From the IMG/VR virus record IMGVR_UViG_3300012953_000117, positions 1 to 31,701 of that record: a stretch of DNA of 31,701 nucleotides; one strand, written 5' to 3'. Source of the stretch: a virus (lineage: Duplodnaviria > Caudoviricetes). The translations under genes were made by a program, and so were the position numbers. Below are positions 26,974 through 31,701 of the stretch, piece after piece (position 1 is the first letter of the stretch; each line of letters begins with the position of its first letter). The notes under the pieces were generated by a model. The model was not told the origin of the DNA and ran no database searches. It saw nothing but the letters and a program-made list of their open reading frames with translations.

Positions 26974-28010
26974 TATTCTAACTGAATTGATTCTGAATAG
27001 ATAGAATTCACAATTGACTTTACACTATCTTTATTTTGATAATCAAGTTTATCAATATAGTTTTCTAAAAATTTCAATGTACCTTCTATTTCTATATCAC
27101 CAGTCGCTACAGCTTGTTGTACTGTGTTGTCTATTATCTTTAACTCATGGATACCCACATTATAAAGACGTTCAATGAAATTGTCAAACTCACAATAGTT
27201 ATCTTTATTCTCAACGATCAGTTTTATAAACTTATCCTTATACTGTTCAACATTAATACACTCATAATCATTTACTGAATCATCATAAAAGATCTTATCG
27301 AACATTCTATAAGGATTCTCAATAAATTTCAATCGCCTAGTTTTTGTATTAAACAAATGAAATCCTCTTGACTCACCATAGTCATTCCAATATACTTGAT
27401 AAGGATTACCAAGATATGATATGTTTCCATTACTTGATCTAGTATGGAAATGTCCAGAGAACACCTTCTTAAACTTATCGAATCTTTCATAACTCAATCC
27501 ATGATCCATAACGAATCCAGGATGTGCCTCAAACCCTTTAAGTTCTAGGTGACCCATACATATCTCTGCCTTGGTATTGTCTATCTCCTCAAAGGTTTCA
27601 CCTTCGTTCTCCATACAAATCCAAGGAATAAAACAAATATCCAACCCCTCAATATTAAGAGTGGATGGTTTCTCTATACAATGAATATTATCATAGTGAT
27701 TTAAAAGTAAATCAACTGTATTAATATTCAGTGTGTTCTTGTAATAAGCAGTATGGTTTCCCACCAAAGAGTAGACAGTGATTCCCATGTCGGCAAGTAT
27801 GTCAAAATACTTTTCCTTCGCCCAACTGAGTGACCAGAAATCAATGTTCTTTCTGTTGTCAAAGGTGTCTCCGAGATCCAATAGAGTTTTGATTTTACTC
27901 TTCTTAAGGTTCGGAAAGAATACGTCTGCATAAAACCTCTCCATATAGTCATGAAAAATCTGACTACCTTTACGTAACCCAAAATGTTGATCAGTTATAA
28001 TTCCTATCAT
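26973..28010 (-). CDS. gp47: Recombination endonuclease subunit gp47 (Mre11/SbcD-like)
   Basis: TDQHFG, GDTFD, GNH, GHL, GHFH. Confidence 0.97.
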   Translation of the reverse strand: MIGIITDQHFGLRKGSQIFHDYMERFYADVFFPNLKKSKIKTLLDLGDTFDNRKNIDFWSLSWAKEKYFDILADMGITVYSLVGNHTAYYKNTLNINTVDLLLNHYDNIHCIEKPSTLNIEGLDICFIPWICMENEGETFEEIDNTKAEICMGHLELKGFEAHPGFVMDHGLSYERFDKFKKVFSGHFHTRSSNGNISYLGNPYQVYWNDYGESRGFHLFNTKTRRLKFIENPYRMFDKIFYDDSVNDYECINVEQYKDKFIKLIVENKDNYCEFDNFIERLYNVGIHELKIIDNTVQQAVATGDIEIEGTLKFLENYIDKLDYQNKDSVKSIVNSIYSESIQLE

Positions 28011-28471
28011 TGACGATATCTCTGTTCAAGTGATGTCTTAATACCTTCATACTCAGCAGTATTTCCATAAGCATCAGCAGCAAAGAGATCATTATGACCT
28101 GATTTCTCAATCATTTTATTCTTTATATCAACCTGCTTCTTTTCTTTCTGAATCCTACGTAAAAAAGCGTAGTAAATTATTTGAGTAAAATAAGCAAATG
28201 GATTTCTTGACTTGTTAGGATCAAAGTTATCAATATAAGTAATACAATTTTCTATACCATCTCCTATCATGTCATCTTTAAACATGTAGTTGACAAAATT
28301 AGGTTTGTATGATAAATGTTGTGCTATCTTTAAAAAACAACCACCTATGTATTCACCCACAGGAGGTTTCTTTAGTCCCTTAATCTGAGCAATTTCAACA
28401 TTCTCTTTATAATGAATGATCGCTGCCAAGAACTCTTTATTATTAACGTAATGTTCCTTACTTTTAGGCAT
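28007..28471 (-). CDS. gp55: Late transcription sigma factor gp55
   Basis: HYVNNKEF, KPNFVNY..KDDMI.DGIENC, NPFAYFTQIIYYAFLRRIQKEKKQ; ATG at 28471. Confidence 0.97.
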   Translation of the reverse strand: MPKSKEHYVNNKEFLAAIIHYKENVEIAQIKGLKKPPVGEYIGGCFLKIAQHLSYKPNFVNYMFKDDMIGDGIENCITYIDNFDPNKSRNPFAYFTQIIYYAFLRRIQKEKKQVDIKNKMIEKSGHNDLFAADAYGNTAEYEGIKTSLEQRYRQ

Positions 28472-28497
28472 TAAAACTATATTATTCTTGTACGCCC

Positions 28498-28526
28498 ATA
28501 ATAGCATATATAACGATACTTGACAA
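28498..28526 (-). promoter_or_regulatory. Sigma70-type promoter for gp55
   Basis: TTGTCA-N17-TATTAT with TGn extension. Confidence 0.65.
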
Positions 28527-28548
28527 GTCCATCAGATGTGTGTATAAT
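28520..28548 (+). promoter_or_regulatory. Perfect sigma70 promoter, antisense orientation
   Basis: TTGACA (28520-25)-N17-TATAAT (28543-48); no credible plus-strand gene downstream. Confidence 0.8.
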
Positions 28549-28574
28549 AACTGTGTCAACGGTTGAGGGACAAG

Positions 28575-29036
28575 CTAAGCTTTATCTGAATCTTTATTAT
28601 AATCTAATCGAAAAACATTCTCAAGATATTCTCTCGCTGTATCTACTGAACCGATAAGTCCCATATTATCATTTAAAGGAATTCGACCTCTCTTTCTTCT
28701 ATGAGGAACGGGAGGTCTTTTAGTGTGTCCTCTTAACTTCTGCATTTTCTCGTTAGCAGATATCTTAGCAAGAGTTGACTTATAAAAATTAGATACAGAG
28801 GGACTTACCTCTTTTATAGAAAGAAAATCTGAACCATATATTGTAAAACTATTCTCCTGAGATACTTTCAACCAAGGTTTAATTCTCAATCCTTGTATTA
28901 CACCAGGAATATCTACTTCTTCTATAGCAATTGGATTCTCAATAACAAGATAATCAAGTTCTGGATCAGCTACTCTCACAAAGCATAGGACTTCCTCCTC
29001 ACTTTTAAATTTAATACTAGCGTAAAATGGATCCAT
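28575..29036 (-). CDS. Sm-like domain protein
   Basis: ASIKFKSEEEVLC.V...IENPI...IKPWLK.S....F.I...; basic C-terminal extension. Confidence 0.7.
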   Translation of the reverse strand: MDPFYASIKFKSEEEVLCFVRVADPELDYLVIENPIAIEEVDIPGVIQGLRIKPWLKVSQENSFTIYGSDFLSIKEVSPSVSNFYKSTLAKISANEKMQKLRGHTKRPPVPHRRKRGRIPLNDNMGLIGSVDTAREYLENVFRLDYNKDSDKA

Positions 29037-29038
29037 AT

Positions 29039-30505
29039 TTACTGTTTTAGTTTTACTTTAATTAATTCGTAATCAAAACTCTCTTGGTTATAGATTTTTA
29101 CTCTCTCAAACAAATGACGTAATGTATAATTTGGACTTCTTCCATCCTTAGTAGTATCATCAGCAATATCATAAAGAACTGCTACTGATTTGTTCTCACC
29201 CTTTCTGAGAACTCGACCAATTGACTGGAGGTTTCTAATACGGGACTTACTAGGCGACGCAAAGATGATGTTGTGCAACCGCTTAATGTTAATACCAGTA
29301 CTGAAAGTACCATAAGATGCAACGATGATTGCATTGTCCTGTTCCTCAGTAATTGTACGAACTTCTTCCCTGTCTTGTGTTTCAACGCCACCATGAACTA
29401 AGAATACCTTACGTCCAGTTGATGCAGAACTATTTATCATCTCATAAAGTGGTTCTCCGTGTTTTTCTACGTAGTTGAATAGGACAAGTGTATTTCCCGT
29501 AAGGTCTAATGCAAGATTCTTTATGAAATTATTTCTTTTAGGATGAGTTACTATCCAATCTATTTCATCCTGATAATTATCAAACTCAGTATGTGGATGC
29601 TTGAGTGTAATGATTTTAATACTTAACTTAGCAAGATGACCTGCTTTAATTAACTCATTGGTATTAGTTACCTTATCATGGGGACCAAATAATCCCTCTA
29701 GTACTAACTTGTTTGTCTTACTACCATCTAGAGTACCAGTAAATCCAACACGATACTTTGCATGGTGTAACTTAGTAAGTATATCAGTCAGTGACTTTGC
29801 TTTAAATAGATGTGCTTCATCTCCTATAACTGCAGTAAATGGTTGAAACCATTTCTTAGATTGTTTATATACTGATTGCCATGTAGTTATAGTTACTGGT
29901 TTATCATTTACCTTTTCGTGATTAGCATATATCCTATGTACATGATCATCCACACACCACCCATAGGAAAAGAAGTCCTTATATAATTGTTCTACCAAAG
30001 ATGTAGTAGGTACAACAATCAATGTCTTCTGTCCTGACTCAAATAAAAACCTGACGATTGAATATATCATCAGAGATTTACCTGATCCTGTAGGTGATAC
30101 TATTAACTTTCTTCTTTTCCGTAATGCTTCATATATTGCTTGATACTGATAACCTCTTACCTTTAATGAAGTAAACTTATCAACATACGTTTTAATACCT
30201 TGAGGTGATATGAGTTCATCCTCTGCATCAGGCATACCAAAATGTTCATTATCAACATAGGAATATTCATACCCCCTTTCTTCACAGAATGTTTCTATGT
30301 ATTGTCTAAGACCTGCATATATCTGACCAGTTGCTGGAGAGAACAAACGTATCTTACCATCCCAGTAACGTTTTCTATATGCACTCATAAACTTCGCCTC
30401 TGGCACTTCAAAAGTGAAGTGATCAGAAAGTTCGTAAGAAATATGAGGTGGAGTTTTTAGAAGAAGGTATACTTCGTTCTTCTTTTTAATAAGAACATCA
30501 CTCAT
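29039..30505 (-). CDS. uvsW: SF2 RNA-DNA/DNA helicase UvsW
   Basis: SPTGSGKS, DEAH, TGT, QSIGRVLR. Confidence 0.97.
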   Translation of the reverse strand: MSDVLIKKKNEVYLLLKTPPHISYELSDHFTFEVPEAKFMSAYRKRYWDGKIRLFSPATGQIYAGLRQYIETFCEERGYEYSYVDNEHFGMPDAEDELISPQGIKTYVDKFTSLKVRGYQYQAIYEALRKRRKLIVSPTGSGKSLMIYSIVRFLFESGQKTLIVVPTTSLVEQLYKDFFSYGWCVDDHVHRIYANHEKVNDKPVTITTWQSVYKQSKKWFQPFTAVIGDEAHLFKAKSLTDILTKLHHAKYRVGFTGTLDGSKTNKLVLEGLFGPHDKVTNTNELIKAGHLAKLSIKIITLKHPHTEFDNYQDEIDWIVTHPKRNNFIKNLALDLTGNTLVLFNYVEKHGEPLYEMINSSASTGRKVFLVHGGVETQDREEVRTITEEQDNAIIVASYGTFSTGINIKRLHNIIFASPSKSRIRNLQSIGRVLRKGENKSVAVLYDIADDTTKDGRSPNYTLRHLFERVKIYNQESFDYELIKVKLKQ

Positions 30506-30911
30506 CTATACCCTTTGAATAACGTAGCCAATCAATAGCATTCTTAATTTGGAATGAACGATTGTTAATATTATTTAGAACCGACTTTAGAGTTTCCTCC
30601 AGTTTATCGTATAGATCTAGTGTTGCTTGTGCTTTAATTATTTCCTCATCTGCATTGAGGTATATCGGTACTTCATTCTTCATGATCTTTGCATCAGGTG
30701 CAATCTCTTCTCTTCCCATGAAGTAATGGTACTTATTCTTATAGAGTATATTGTACTCGTATTCTTTTTCTTTTTTAAGTAGTTGTATCCTTAGATATTT
30801 GTCCAACCACTTCGCATGAAGTATGGGTATTCTACGTGCCTCATCAAATAAGTCATCGTTCATTACAGCATCTTCACGCCATTCATCAATGAATTGCTGC
30901 TGTAGGGTCAT
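30498..30911 (-). CDS. uvsY: Recombination mediator UvsY
   Basis: IP.LHAKW, YLNADEE, I.NRSFQIKNAIDW; synteny with uvsW. Confidence 0.92.
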   Translation of the reverse strand: MTLQQQFIDEWREDAVMNDDLFDEARRIPILHAKWLDKYLRIQLLKKEKEYEYNILYKNKYHYFMGREEIAPDAKIMKNEVPIYLNADEEIIKAQATLDLYDKLEETLKSVLNNINNRSFQIKNAIDWLRYSKGIDE

Positions 30912-31444
30912 AGTGTCAATTCTTTATCATTCTTATCGAGTAGTTTAAAGTATGTGTATTTGAAAGTGATGTCTGCAGTTAGATACTGGATGTCATTAGT
31001 GTCTACACTAAAGGGTAAACTTGTAATTCCTACAGGGAATGCATCGTATATTTTGACTACAGTTTGGGTGTTGAAACTACTGTTTAGTATCCTAAGAGTA
31101 AGATCCAACCTATCATAATCTGGTCCTTTGTGCTCCTTTGCTACCATTGCATTAGCAAACTCTGTCCACTGACCTGATTTTTGTGGGTATGTAATTCCAG
31201 TCATCCAGTTATGAATGATAGAATAGTTTCTTAAGTCCTCATCAACAAGAATGGTTACCTGAAAATCCTCATAGTTTAACTTATCTCCACTTAGTTGGAA
31301 ATCATTAAACATGGTTGCCTGTTGTGGACCACCCATTGTTATACCAGGAATATTAGCTGTATTGCATTGGAATGATACCTCTTTAAACAAAGGTATATCC
31401 AATTGAAACGCTACTGGTGCTAAGAAGTTTGTATTGCTCACCAT
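30908..31444 (-). CDS. gp3: Tail tube terminator/completion protein gp3
   Basis: NFLAP..F, ANIPGI, GDKL.Y, VDEDLRNY..IHNWM, DAFP, YLTADITFKY. Confidence 0.9.
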   Translation of the reverse strand: MVSNTNFLAPVAFQLDIPLFKEVSFQCNTANIPGITMGGPQQATMFNDFQLSGDKLNYEDFQVTILVDEDLRNYSIIHNWMTGITYPQKSGQWTEFANAMVAKEHKGPDYDRLDLTLRILNSSFNTQTVVKIYDAFPVGITSLPFSVDTNDIQYLTADITFKYTYFKLLDKNDKELTL

Positions 31445-31465
31445 AAAAAAGGAGTCCTCCCCTAG

Positions 31466-31472
31466 TATTTAG
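31466..31472 (-). promoter_or_regulatory. Late promoter-like CTAAATA for gp3
   Basis: Between the gp23 terminator and the gp3 start. Confidence 0.65.
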
Positions 31473-31476
31473 ACAC

Positions 31477-31502
31477 AAAAAAAGAGACCCCGTAGGGTCT
31501 CT
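31477..31502 (-). terminator. Rho-independent terminator of gp23
   Basis: AGAGACCC-UACG-GGGTCTCT stem (cUNCGg loop) followed by a U tract. Confidence 0.9.
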
Positions 31503-31522
31503 CTTAAAATATGTAATCCGAA

Positions 31523-31701
31523 TTACATTAGGTTTGCAACAGATACTCTTCTGTAGTAAACGTTAGTACTGAGGTTAGCAGCAGCACTAGGGTTAGAATC
31601 GGTAAGAGTTGAATCATATCCCTTAGCAAATGGGTTAAGAACTACGCCATAACGTGTCTTAAATCCGATGCGTGGCTGGAAGTCGTCTTGCCCGACACTA
31701 C
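31523..31701 (-). CDS. gp23: Major capsid protein gp23 (C-terminal fragment)
   Basis: Own translation SVGQDDFQPRIGFKTRYGVVLNPFAKG...YYRRVSVANLM*. Confidence 0.96.
   Translation of the reverse strand, partial: SVGQDDFQPRIGFKTRYGVVLNPFAKGYDSTLTDSNPSAAANLSTNVYYRRVSVANLM

Noticed and set aside
31511-31528. ATGTAAT-CCGA-ATTACAT inverted repeat at the gp23 stop
   Set aside because: AT-rich 7-bp stem next to a much stronger terminator; no separate function supportable

Overview
Segment of a T4-like marine cyanomyophage genome, probably infecting Prochlorococcus/Synechococcus (inferred from pebS, psbN-like, hsp20, mazG, cobS and low GC). Almost all genes are on the minus strand. In transcription order: end of major capsid gp23, gp3, uvsY, uvsW, Sm-like, gp55 late sigma factor, gp47/gp46, a peptidase-vWA plus CobS-like AAA pair, pebS, gp45, gp44, an accessory island (flavin halogenase, psbN-like, 2OG-Fe(II) oxygenase, DNA adenine methylase), gp62, regA, a convergent six-gene membrane/secreted module with late promoters, hsp20, Sm-like/nucleotidyltransferase/Sm-like/Sm-like, gp43, uvsX, gp41, mazG, then late-promoter genes. 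The best candidates for undescribed biology are: (i) the envelope/secreted module at 10.7-13.9 kb; (ii) a Pol-beta-type nucleotidyltransferase embedded among Sm-like paralogs; (iii) a ROSE-like RNA thermometer in the hsp20 leader; (iv) a perfect sigma70 promoter firing antisense from a palindromic -35 shared with gp55. All family calls come from motif recognition by eye; no searches were run. No tRNA, rRNA, CRISPR, intron or intein was seen.
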